Assembly: GCF_036321535.1 (NCBI RefSeq)
Contig: NC_087445.1
Location: 10,170,001 to 10,234,000, forward strand
Reading direction: 5' to 3'
Source: Camelus dromedarius
Lineage: Eukaryota
DNA: 64,000 nt
This document shows positions 11,920 through 24,083 of this stretch, piece after piece. The stretch's first letter is position 1; the number at the start of each line of letters is the position of its first letter. The notes beneath the pieces were generated by a model. That model saw only the letters and a list, made by a program, of their open reading frames with translations. It searched no databases and was not told where the DNA came from. Position numbers and translations under genes: made by a program.

Positions 11920-12541
11920 GTAGGAGAGTAGGAGAGTAGGAGAGTAGGAGAGTAGGAGAGTAGGAGAGTAGGAGAGTAGGAGAGTAGGAGTGTAGGAGAG
12001 TAGGAGAGTAGGAGAGTAGGAGAGTAGGAGAGAACTTTCTTTCTATCTTTCTTTCTTTCTTTCTTTTGTAGGAGAGTAGGAGAGTAGGAGAGTAGGAGAG
12101 TAGGAGAGTAGGAGAGTAGGAGAGTAGGAGAGAACTTTCTTTCTATCTTTCTTTCTTTCTTTCTTTTGTAGGAGAGTAGGAGAGTAGGAGAGTAGGAGAG
12201 TAGGAGAGTAGGAGAGTAGGAGAGTAGGAGAGAACTTTCTTTCTATCTTTCTTTCTTTCTTTCTTTTGTAGGAGAGTAGGAGAGTAGGAGAGTAGGAGAG
12301 TAGGAGAGTAGGAGAGTAGGAGAGTAGGAGAGTTGGAGAGTAGGAGAGTAGGAGAGAACTTTCTTTCTATCTTTCTTTCTTTCTTTCTTTTGTAGGAGAG
12401 TAGGAGAGTAGGAGAGTAGGAGAGTAGGAGAGTAGGAGAGAACTTTCTTTCTATCTTTCTTTCTTTCTTTCTTTTGTAGGAGAGTAGGAGAGTAGGAGAG
12501 TAGGAGAGTAGGAGAGTAGGAGAGTATTAGAGAACTTTCTT

Positions 12542-12574
<33 letters not shown>

Positions 12575-13412
12575 TGTAGGAGAGTAGGAGTGTAGGAGAG
12601 TAGGAGAGTAGGAGAGTAGGAGAGTAGGAGAGTAGGAGAGAACTTTCTTTCTATCTTTCTTTCTTTCTTTCTTTTGTAGGAGAGTAGGAGAGTAGGAGAG
12701 TAGGAGAGTAGGAGAGTAGGAGAGTAGGAGAGTAGGAGAGAACTTTCTTTCTATCTTTCTTTCTTTCTTTCTTTTGTAGGAGAGTAGGAGAGTAGGAGAG
12801 TAGGAGAGTAGGAGAGTAGGAGAGTAGGAGAGTAGGAGAGAACTTTCTTTCTATCTTTCTTTCTTTCTTTCTTTTGTAGGAGAGTAGGAGATTAGGAGAG
12901 TAGGAGAGTAGGAGAGTAGGAGAGTAGGAGAGTAGGAGAGTAGGAGAGAACTTTCTTTCTATCTTTCTTTCTTTCTTTCTTTTGTAGGAGAGTAGGAGAG
13001 TAGGAGAGTAGGAGAGTAGGAGAGTAGGAGAGTAGGAGAGTAGGAGAGAACTTTCTTTCTATCTTTCTTTCTTTCTTTCTTTTGTAGGAGAGTAGGAGAG
13101 TAGGAGAGTAGGAGAGTAGGAGAGTAGGAGAGTAGGAGAGAACTTTCTATCTTTCTTTCTTTCTTTCTTTTGTAGGAGAGTAGGAGAGTAGGAGAGTAGG
13201 AGAGTAGGAGAGAACTTTCTTTCTATCTTTCTTTCTTTCTTTCTTTTGTAGGAGAGTAGGAGAGTAGGAGAGTAGGAGAGTAGGAGAGAACTTTCTTTCT
13301 ATCTTTCTTTCTTTCTTTCTTTTGTAGGAGAGTAGGAGAGTAGGAGAGTAAGAGAGTAGGAGAGTAGGAGAGTAGGAGAGTAGGAGAGTAGGAGAGTAGG
13401 AGAGTAGGAGAG
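11920..13412 (+). repeat. Higher-order repeat class B: AACTTTCTTTCTATC(TTTC)nTTTTG-(TAGGAGAG)m, 14 units
   Basis: AAC markers at 12033, 12133, 12233, 12357, 12441, 12533, 12641, 12741, 12841, 12949, 13049, 13141, 13213 and 13289. Modal period is 100 bp. Confidence 0.95.
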
Positions 13413-13415
13413 AGA

Positions 13416-13445
13416 TCTTTCTTTCTTCCTTTGTTTCTTTCTTTG

Positions 13446-13519
<74 letters not shown>

Positions 13520-13600
13520 TTTCTTTCTCTTTTTTTATTCCTTTCTTTCTTTTTTCTTTCCTCTCTCTCTCTCTTTTTCTCTTTTCTCCTCTCCTTCCTG
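13416..13600 (+). repeat. (TTTC)n decaying into a CT-rich tract
   Basis: TTTC/TTTG units followed by (CT)n and irregular pyrimidine runs. Confidence 0.93.
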
Positions 13601-14664
13601 TCCTTACTTTGTTACTTCTTAAGTGGATTCCTTTTTGCCCCATCCTTTCTCTAATATCTACCTGCCGAGCAGCCAAGCCTGTTTTCATGCCTCTTATAAA
13701 TTACCTGATGGTGTCTGAGCTGGAACTATATTCATCAGTGGATACCTTTTGCAATTGATTGGCCTTAAAATCATTTCAAGGCACCTTGCAACCCTCATTT
13801 ATGCCACCCAATGTGCTTGCTGGGAGGGACACATGTGTCCACACTGGGAATCCCACTAGCTCCTCATTTCCAACTCTGTACAGAACCTCCTGACAACAAC
13901 ATAAATAGTAAAGTGGAGTCGTGGAGTTATGTATTGTCTAATAGGGTAGTGGGTTTTCACTGACTGCTCCTTATACTCTTGGGTAAAGTCTATATTTAAA
14001 TTCAAAACTGCCACTTAGGAAACATGTTTCTATCTGATACATGAATGAACCATGTATTTCAGATATCAAATAGAATGTCTACGATTATGACGCACTTCAG
14101 AGATCAAACCTACAGCTCCCTTTGTTTTCCAAGTTCAGAGAAATAAAGAAAAAGAAACAGTATCCACCTTGTATAGAGGTATCAGAATGTGATGTGTGAT
14201 AGCAACCCTCATATCTGAGCTGAGTGGGACCTGTCATGAAAGGAACCAAATGGCAAATATGCCTGACATCTTTTTACTTAAAATACAGGTTAAAATCATT
14301 TCCTGTTGGAGAGACCACAGAGGTATAAAGAGATAGTGAGGTCACTAGCTAAGGCTAGGTTTGACCTACATATTTGATAGGTGTTTATTTGTTTGTTTTC
14401 TCTTTAAGCAAGTCCTTTTTGGGAGATGGCGTAACATTTTCCTTCTCATGTAGTAATGACTTTCTTAATGTGAAAATCTACAAATTCTGTTACATTCCTT
14501 TCCCTTTGGTGAAAATTAGTCAGCAGAACGGTTGGCATGACTAATGTGTTGATTCTGCCTTTTCTCACACAGTAGCAACAAGCATCACTGACACATGGAG
14601 GAGTTAGGAAGAAGGGGCCACCCACATATCTTACTTGAGGCAGTGGATTCACCAATGAACATGA

Positions 14665-14790
14665 TGGCATTGTCCAGTGCAAAGAATATGAACTTGCAAT
14701 CAGAAGGCGGGGTTTAAATTATACTTCTAACAATCACTAGTTTAGTAACATTTGTCCAGATACTTAAACCCTTCTCCACACCTGGTAAAG
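14665..14790 (+). mobile_element. MIR SINE fragment
   Basis: GTGCAAAGAATATGAACTTGCAATCAGAAGGCGGGGTTTAAATT..ACTAGTTTAGTAACATTTGTCCAGATACTTAAACC follows the MIR 5' and core pattern. Confidence 0.5.
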
Positions 14791-14969
14791 TGGTAGGGCT
14801 AAACATAATCAGGTGTTTTTCCCTTTTTTGTTTTCAACTCTTAAAGTAGAAATTACACAGCTTTTCCTAAAATTAGACATGAAAAGCCAAAATTCCTTCA
14901 AATGAGCTATAGCACTGAAATGTAACACATTATTCCACAACATCATCACACACCCTTATAAGAATAAAA

Positions 14970-15140
14970 ACCAACAAATGTTTAGTAAGTGCCTAATCTG
15001 TACCAAGAACAAGGTACACTCTTATTTTCATTTTTATCAACTTTATCTGACAATCAAGTTAGAGAATGATCAATATCCACTTCTCAAGTATAAGAAACCT
15101 AAAGAAAAGAGCATTTAAATAATTTCTCAGTCATATAAAT
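14970..15140 (-). mobile_element. MIR SINE fragment
   Basis: ATGTTTAGTAAGTGCCTAATCTGTACCAAG..ATCCACTTCTCAAGTATAAGAAACCTAAAG..TTTAAATAATTTCTCAGTCATATA resembles antisense MIR. Confidence 0.45.
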
Positions 15141-16379
15141 ATTTAAGAAGAGCACAGTAGTTTACACTTTTGTGTATTTCATTGTACCAACCACTGAGTT
15201 TCCACAATCTATTGCAAAGAACAAGCCTAGCCTTGGTGAATTGTCAGTTTTACATTTCCATATTCCTCTGGTCTCTTCACCTCTCCTCTGCCTATACCTT
15301 TGTATAATTTGTGACTTGAATTCCTTTGATCTCCATGAGGAGATCAAATTCAAGTCATTCCCATCAAGATAACTACAATAGACAACAAAGTTCAGGATTA
15401 AGCATTTAGCCAATCAAGTTATTTTTGCTTCAGCAGAATAAAGCATGTTGCTCAGCCTCCTGCATGTTACAGCCATTTCATAATGATTCTTGCCTGTTTG
15501 CAGACATAAGTACAGTAGGATGCAGTTAAAGTCCTAATTGATACACTTCATTATTCATTGACTACACTGAAACCTAAAGTCAGTCCTAGTATGAACCACT
15601 TAAGTCTGTGTCTATAATACATAATTAAGAGTGCTTAGAAGACGGAACACTTCCAAAGTTACCCAGACTACTCATCAGAAATAAACCTAATTCTTTAAAA
15701 AAGCAGCCAACCCTACATTTCTATAATTGGAAGATTTGTCTTTTTTATTTTTAATAAATTACCTAGATAACTGCTTCAACATTATTTTTTCTTTCTTCAT
15801 AAAGATGCAAACTAAATGAATGTCTGACTCACCACTCCCATTTGTGGTTATCCTGCATATTTCTAGACATTCTTCCTAATTGTCACCTTAAAAGACTACA
15901 CATTTGTTAGTATAATTTTGAAAGCTGTATTGTGTAATTATGACGATGCATTGGACAGAAAATCTATCTAGTTGGATTCACGTAATATTCTTTACATTGA
16001 GAAAAAATATATCTAGATTTTTTGAGGTTTTAAGGTTTTTCATCATTTCCTATAGTTTTCAATAGTGCTTTATTTTATTCTTCACTATATTTCCCCTTAT
16101 TTTCCATGATTCTGACCTCAGAGACCAAGAATGGGAGTATATTATATTATAAATACAAGACTATCACAAAAGACTTTGTTGGAACTTGGTCTGGATCAAG
16201 GCTAAGCAGCCCAAAACAGAATTCATGATGTTACAGATTTGTCCAATCACATTATTTCACATTTTCAATAATTACAATTTGAGGTTAAAATAAAGGAAAA
16301 TATCTCTGCAAATATAAATATGTTTAAATATTTATATTCATTTACTCAGTGATAAATTCTTGACCATTAACAGCCTGCC

Positions 16380-18472
16380 ATCTCCATCAAAACAGGGACA
16401 TAGGAGAACCCAGCCTCTATCCCCCTACGAAACTCAAGAATACCCAGCAAAGCTATCCATTATTGCCTAACAAACAACAGCCAAGGGAGTTCACCACCAC
16501 TAAATGTACCTTATAAGAAATTCTGAAAGGAGTGTGTCAAGGGGAAATGACCGCAGAAGATAATAAGTACTTGAAAACATATGAAAAGACCCCATACACT
16601 GGTAAAGGTAAGCATACAGTCAGATTCACAATACACTAATACTGTGATGCAGGCTTGTGTTAACTACCTCAGTACAAATGTTACAGAAATGTATAACATA
16701 TAGCTATAGCTACAGTAAATTGTTAAGGGCTACACAATATTAAAAAATGTGAATTGTGACACCAAAAATATAAAAGGGAGGAAGTAAAAGAGGAGATTCA
16801 CAAAAGATGAAGAGAAGGCAATCAAAGCAAATCATAACAACAACAAAAAAAACAATCCACAAAGGCATCAAGAGAGAAAGAAAGGAACAAAGGAACTCTA
16901 AAGCCAGGACACAGGTCATAATATGGCAGTCGTAAGTCCTTACCAACTAGTAATTACTCCAAGGGTATGCAGATTGAGTTATCTAATCAAAAGATATACA
17001 GTGGTTAGATACGTTAAAAAAAATGAACCAACTATATACTGTCTACAACAGATTCACGTAAGCTTTAAGGATACATGTTGGTGCAAAGTGAAGACATGGA
17101 ACAAAGATACACTGTGAAAGTAGGAACCAAATTTCTATCAAGAAAAAATTGGACTGTAAACCTAAAAAATGTAACAGGAGACAAAGAAAGCTATTATAAA
17201 ATGATGTGAAGGTCAATCTATCAAAAAGAACAATACTCATAAACATATATGCACCCAATATTGGAACACCTAAGTATGTTAGGCAAATACTAACATCTAA
17301 AGGGAGAAGCAGACAATAAAACAGTAGTAGGAAACTTCAATACCCTACTTTCAACAGTGAAGAGATCATCCAAACAAGAAATCAACACACTTTAGATCAA
17401 ACAGACCTAACACAAAAACAGAGCATTCCATTCGACAGCAACAGAATACACATTCTTTCAAGTGCGCACAAAATATTCTCCAGGATAGATCATATGACAG
17501 GTCACAAAACAGGGCTTCACAAAATCATAAAACATATCATCTCCAATCACGATGGTATGAAACTAGAAATCATTTACAGAAAGAAAGCTGGAAAACTCAC
17601 AAATATGTGAAAATCAACCAACATGCTCTTGAATAAGCAGTGAATCAAAAGTGAGATAAAGATACGAAATAAAAATGGAAGCACAATATATCAAAATCGA
17701 TGGAGTGATGCAAAAATAGTTCTAAGGTAAAAGTTTGTAGTGATAATTACATGAGGAAAAAAAGAAAGATCTTAAAAACAACCTAACTTTATACCTCAAA
17801 GACCTAGGAACAAATGAACAAGCTAAACCCATAGCTAGTAGAAGGAAGGAAATAAAAAAAGATTAGAACAGGAATAGAGACCAAAAAAATGGAAATAGTC
17901 AATAAAACTCAGAATTTTGAAAAGATTAAATTAACAACCCTTTAGCTAAACTAAGAAAAAAAGAAAAGATGCAAAAACTCGAAATCAGAAATAAAAGAGA
18001 AAACATTATAACTGATACCACAGAAATATACAGACTACAATGAACTACTCTATGCCACTAAATTGGATAACTTAGAAAAATTGATAAATCCCTAGAAACA
18101 TAGAACTTATTAAGACTGAACCATGAAAAAAACCCAGAAAATCTGAATAGATCAATAGTGAATAAAGAGATTGAAACTGTCATCAAAAACCTCCCAAACA
18201 GAAAAGCTCTGGACCGGATGGTTTCACTGGTGAATTCTAAGAAACTTTAAGAGGAATTAATGCTAGCCCTTAAAAAATTGGGAGGTGGGAATATGGCAAA
18301 GCTCTTTGTATGAGGCCAGCATTACCCTAATACCAAAGCCAAATAATGAACCTGCAAGAGAACTACCGATCAGTATCCGTGATGCCTGATAAACATAGAT
18401 GCAAAAATCTCAACAAACTATTAGATATCAAATTTAACATCACATTAACAGTATAATATACCATAATCTAGT
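16380..18472 (+). mobile_element. L1 fragment: ORF1 end, inter-ORF, ORF2 endonuclease to RT start (decayed, 3' part missing)
   Basis: EN motifs EPTIYCLQ, NIYAPN (AACATATATGCACCCAAT), GNFNT and SRIDH. Also GPDGFTGEF (GGACCGGATGGTTTCACTGGTGAATTC) and INIDAKI. Confidence 0.9.
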
Positions 18473-19639
18473 GATGATACTTATGGTTTTAGTTAGTGAG
18501 TAGTCACTGCTGTACAATTTTAAAAGTCAGAGGAGATGAATAAAGCAAGCCACTTTTGAAATCTTCACAACACAGGGTGTATTTTACCTACATTTAAAAT
18601 TAACTTAAAATACCTTGTGGGTCCTTTTGCTATGGTATTTGTGCTTAGACATTTTCAACCTATTCAGATCTCTTCATTCTGTATGTCTGACCCATTTTAC
18701 TAGGAAAGCTAGCCAAAAAAAAAAAAAAAGGATAAATGAGTATTAAAATGTTTTCTACCTAGGTTATTTTTAAAGTCAAGCACTTTATGTGAGGGTGGGA
18801 AAATCTCATCTAGCTTGAATGTTCCAGGAAATGAATGTTCACTTTAATATGATTATCTGGAGAAGAACATGCATTTGTTAACTAAGTTATACAAAAAAAA
18901 CACTTTAAAAATAAATGCAGAAAATCTTTCTAAAATATAAGAGTCACCAGTACTTTTCTGCATTTTGGAATGTATTCATATTTGAAATGTATTTTCATAC
19001 TACCTGCATAACTCTGTGTGGTGACTGCCTTTAGAAGCATCATTCTCCCAGCTAGCTCTCATTCTAGAGAAAGTCAGTTTCAGGCAGTGTAATAGACAAG
19101 AGTGAAGGAGCGAAAATTCCCGGTTGTTCCCTAGGGGATGCCTAACATACCTTAAATTCCCTATAGTAGTGTGCTGTTGCATGACTTCCCTATTTTTTCC
19201 AAAGTGAAAGAATATTTTTATTGTATATAAATTTTATAATCAATCAAATACCATATAATGTTCACATATTTCTTTTATTTTAAATATTCTATATCAGATA
19301 AAAATTTATAACATTTGCATGAATTTTCCATAATTTCTTAGATCCTAATTGTACTTCTTTAGTTGATGATAACACATTAATTTTATCTAAATATTAAATC
19401 TAGAAATAATCCTAAATATTATTTCTATGATCTATTTTTAGATGAGGGCTAGGAATCAGGCAGTGTGTCTCCTGAGTATAAGATCAGTACACTTTTCATA
19501 AAGCTTTACTGCGTCTACTACCTTAACTGATTCAGAAATAATAACCTACTAAGAATATTTGAGGCAAGGAATAAAAGTGTCTTTGGTAAGTTTTGTTGTT
19601 TATGTACACAGCATGAAATTAGAAAAATAAAGAAGAGTA

Positions 19640-20030
19640 TAAAGACACAACATATACAGACATTTCTCAAGGGCCCACCCTCCAGAGATAACCACTCACA
19701 GCCTCTTGGGAGTATTTCTTTCCATTGTTTTTTTTTCTGCATGTATATATATATCTATACCTTTATAATGAAGATCATGTTGCAGGTAAAACTGATTTTA
19801 CTCATATTATATTCACTATAGATCAGAATTTCACTCAGTTTTGTATCATGTTTATTGCTTTAAGATATGAGCATTTCTTGAAGATGACTGCATTCATAGC
19901 TATGTAATATTTTACATACAGATGTGTCATAATTCACTTAAATAGTTCTATAATAAGAAACATTTATGTTTCAAATTTTTCTATTAAATTTAATGACAGA
20001 ATAGAACAAAATATAGTATAGCCTTTTGAT
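19640..20030 (-). mobile_element. L1ME-type 3' end remnant
   Basis: CCCTCCAGAGATAACCACT..GATGACTGCATTCATAGCTATGTAATATTTT..GATGTGTCATAATTCACTTAA..ACATTTATGTTTCAAATTTTTCTATTA. Confidence 0.5.
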
Positions 20031-20264
20031 TAGCTTTTATTTGTAATGATACATTTTAATAGAGATTTGAATTAAAATTTATTTTAGAAGCATTAAAAGC
20101 TTCCCATAGATTGTAAAGGAGTTGCCATTAAGAAGGTGTAATTGATTGTTTCATATCGAAAATTAAATATATATCTTGTCTCAGAAGATAAATTATATAC
20201 ATGATTATCTTTCGGGGAGTTTAGATAAAAGGAAGGAAAATTTAACAAGCTCATATATAATTGA

Positions 20265-20400
20265 TTAGCCTGCCATAGTGAATTTATCTGTGTGACTCTA
20301 TACAAGTTATTTAACCTGTCAACGCTTCCCTTTCTTCATCACTTAATGGAGCTAATAATAGCACACATTCATAGAGCTGTGTATGGCACAAAATGAGTGA
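20265..20400 (+). mobile_element. MIR SINE
   Basis: CTGTGTGACTCTATACAAGTTATTTAACCT..TTTCTTCATC..AATGGAGCTAATAATAGCAC..CATAGAGCTGT is the MIR core. Confidence 0.7.
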
Positions 20401-20977
20401 TAGCTAGAAAGACAGATAGATAGATAGACAGAGAAAAAGAAAGACATTTAGTTATTGCTATCAAAGTTGCTTGAGGTATTGTTGTACATTATGTTTTGAT
20501 GAGAGAAAAATACCATGTCACATATTGTCTTCACCAATTGTAAGAATTATAGAGAACAAGTTAAACAAGAATAATATTTTTAAAGCCATGAAAAGTATTT
20601 TTAAAGGACAGTTCTTCCTAAGAACTTTTGTTTGTTTGAGGCTTACGATCCCCAGGATTGTAAGAGAAGTGAATGGTTCCCTCTTAGCAAATACACAGCA
20701 TTTATGGTTTCTACTCAAGGGCTTCCCCAGTTGTCTTCTTTCTGCTGATGTCTAATAAAATTGACGGAACAAATCTCTCTCTAATGCTGAGCCTGAGATA
20801 AATGCTTTATAGCTCTCAGTTTGAACAGCAGATAGAATACATGCTCTGGCATTTCCTTTATTAGCACAATAATAAGATATAAATGCCTTTTGCACTGAGG
20901 GCCTTCCTTGAGGGAACAAAAGAATGGTCAAGGAAATGGAATCTTCCTTCCTTTTCGGACTCTGTGATTTTTAACTA

Positions 20978-21475
20978 TAGCAGTCCTCCCTTATCCGTGG
21001 TTTCACTTTCTGTGGTTTCAATTACCTGTGGCCAACCGCAGTCCAAAAACAGTACATGGAAAATTCTAGAATTCAACAATGCCTAAGTTTTACATTGGGC
21101 GCCATTCTGAGTAGCGTGGTGAAGTCTCACGCGGTACTGCTCTGCCCCTTTCCGAACACGAACCGTCCCTTTGCTCAGCATATCCCACTCGTTATTCGCT
21201 TAGCGTAGCCCTCTCTGTCATCAGATCGACTGTGAAGGTACTAAAGTGCTTGTGTTCAAAGAACCCTCAGTTTACTTAACGATGGCCCCAAAGTGCAAGG
21301 GTAGTGGTGTTGGCAATTTAGAAACTCTCTTACTGTCTGATTTATAAATTAAACTTCATCACAGGTATGTATGTATAGGAGAAAACCTGGTAAACGTACG
21401 GATCGATACTATCTACACTTTCAAGCATTCACGGGGATCCTGAGCATGCCCCCTGTAGATAAGGGGGAGCTACTA
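20978..21475 (+). mobile_element. MER44-type (Tigger7) non-autonomous Tc1/mariner DNA transposon
   Basis: TIRs TAGCAGTCCTCCCTTATCCGTGG and CCTGTAGATAAGGGGGAGCTACTA, with a TA flank on the left. Confidence 0.8.
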
Positions 21476-21838
21476 CTTATATAATAAGCCTGACTACACG
21501 AAAGCACACATTGTTCCAAGATACTGTTACCTCAACACACCCAAAAGCCTGGTTCTTACAGTAATAAAATGTTGCAGCTGCCAGTATTTTCACTTGCCCA
21601 ATTATTTGCTTAGAAAAAGCATCTTACTCTGTCCACCATCAAGATACACTACACTTACTGTGAAGACCTCCTAAGGCAAAACTGGGAAAACACAGAAGAA
21701 AAGAGTAAATGAGAATGATGCTTTGGGGTTCTAGATAGAAAGCTCTCTTAATTTGAAGGCCAAAGCATTGGATTCTGCCACCATACTGCTAGCTACAGGA
21801 TCTGTGACAAGCTACTGGAGTTTCATCTGGTATGTATG

Positions 21839-22322
21839 CAGGCATACCTCTTTTACTGTGCTTTGCAGATACTGCATTTTGTACAAATCAAAGGTTTCTG
21901 GCAACCCTACATGAAGCAAGTCTAATGGCACCATTTTTCCAACAGCATTTGCTCACTTCATCTCTCTGTGTCACATTTTGCTAATTTTTGTGGCATTTCA
22001 AACTTCTCCAATATTATTATACTTGTTATGGTGCTCTGTAATTGGTGATTTTTTCCTGTTACTGTTGCAAAAATGTTACAACTTACCAAAGGCTCGGATT
22101 TTGCTTAGATTTTTTTTTAGTAATAAAGCACTTTTTAATTAAGATATGCACATTACCTTTTAGACATAATGCTACAGCACACTTAGTAGACTACAGCATA
22201 ATGTGCACGTAACTTTTACATGTACTAGGAAGCCAAAAATTCCATGTGACTCGCTTTAGTGTGATATTCACAGTGTTGCAGTGGTCCTGAACTGAACTTG
22301 CAGCATCTCCAAAATATGCCTG
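21839..22322 (+). mobile_element. Tigger1 internal-deletion derivative (Tigger1a-like)
   Basis: Starts CAGGCATACCTCTTTTACTGTGCTTTGCAGATACTGC (Tigger1 5' end), ends ATCTCCAAAATATGCCTG|TA. About 480 bp. Confidence 0.85.
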
Positions 22323-23855
22323 TAATCCCAGTAATATGAAAGAGGCCACCGTGACAGAAGTGGAAGCAAAAGAGTTGTGAAAAGTGTATCTTTCAGAAAT
22401 TATCCTGGGGGATTAACACTGAACATGGTAACCACAATCATGACACACTGCGAAAGTTGACACTGGTGACCACTTAAACTTATCTCCCTCTCTTGACTTC
22501 TTTGATGGTCCTTCCCCATCTGTCTAATGTGCTTTGTGTACTTCTTTTGTTCATCTCCCCCCACGTTTTAGTAAGGGAACTTATAAGTTATCTCATTCAA
22601 CCTCCTCCTCATCACAGCTCGACCCATCAAGGTGATCACCAAGCGAAATGAACATAACAGTTCTGAAGGAAACACCAAATAGGCTATTTTAATATTCTAA
22701 GGCGTGTGTCTAGAAGAGTAATGACAAGAAAATCAGAAACATAGATTTGAGTACCAGACCACTTTTAGAAACAATTAAATTATATAAGGAGATTTGGAGT
22801 TAAGACATAGAGACACAGATGGCAAACTCTGACAATATTCTTCTGAGGACGAGCTACTGTCATGAGAGAAAAGTGATATTCAATAATTTAATCAACATGG
22901 AAATGATTACTTGCTTGGCAATTCAAATTATTAAATATAAGGATTTATTTGTTTTATTTATGTCAATTTAGTATATTGATCATCACCACACATATGCTTG
23001 GTAATTACATTAAATCTTCCAAAGAAAGCTTGTGATTTATTTTGCAGTGTCAAAAATATATTCAATTTAGGGTTTTAAATATATGACCTAATTAGATTAC
23101 TGAACAGTTGCCTAAGACTGTCAATACCATACACTTACATAACCAGACTACCAAAACAACAAATCAGTTGTGGTTATCTCGATGAATACATTAGTAAAAA
23201 ATTAATGGTTATCCTTATGTAACAACTACCTATTAAAGAACCCACAGGGGGGAAAAAGAATTTTCATAGAACAAATAGTTGAATTATATTAAACTATAAT
23301 ATTTCAATTTCAATATGCCCCACTGATGAAATCACAAAAAAAAAAAAAAGAAAGCATTTGTTCATAGAAAATTTACCTATAATATTACCAAATTACTACC
23401 AGATAATACCAAATTTCCATTTGGCTCTTTCTAATGCAGAGTCATTCATGGCACACCTATGGGGCCCATGGAAGTTAAACAGAATATCAAAATTTCAGAT
23501 AATCAGGTTTAACAGAAAACACTAAAATACAAAAGCATTCACTATGTAAAAAAGGCCATCTAAAAAGAGCCTGTAAATGTAGGAATCATTATTTGAGTGG
23601 AAATCAGTTTACTGTCATCTCCACTTCCATGTTGGTTGCAAGATCAATAAATAATCCTGAATTTTGGAAAGATTTATTAATATATTTCGCTGAACATGAC
23701 AAAGAACAGTTGGAGAAAGAGATTAAAACGAGTGATTTACTATAATTCCAGATGTAAAATCTCTAGAATTTCAACAATGAGAACAACTAGATAACTTGTG
23801 ACTAACAGTATTTTGTTGTCATTGTCTGATCATTATTCTGAGAGTTAAGTAAGTA

Positions 23856-24083
23856 CAGTTGAGCCTTGAACAACATGGGTTTGAACTGAGGGGGTCCACT
23901 TATACTTAAATTTTTTTCAGTAAATGTGATCTATAATATTACAAGGCCTGTGGCTGGTTAAATCCATAGATGTAGAACCACAGATACCAAGGGCCAACAG
24001 GAAAGTTGTACACATATATGCAGAGTTTTGTTTGAGCAGAAGCTCAGTGCCTCAAACCACTAGCATTGTTCAAAGGTTGACTG
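23856..24083. mobile_element. MER8-like (Tigger2 family) MITE
   Basis: TA|CAGTTGAGCCTTGAACAACATGGGTTTGAACTG ... GTTCAAAGGTTGACTG terminal inverted repeats, ~230 bp. Confidence 0.8.

Noticed and set aside
10369..13412. Repeat-spacer-like periodicity suggesting a CRISPR array
   Set aside because: The 'spacers' are the same octamer repeat rather than unique sequences, the context is mammalian, and there are no cas genes.
13299..13688. 129-aa Lys/Glu/Arg-rich ORF and overlapping Phe/Leu/Ser ORFs as real genes
   Set aside because: They are direct translations of the (TTTC)n and octamer repeats.
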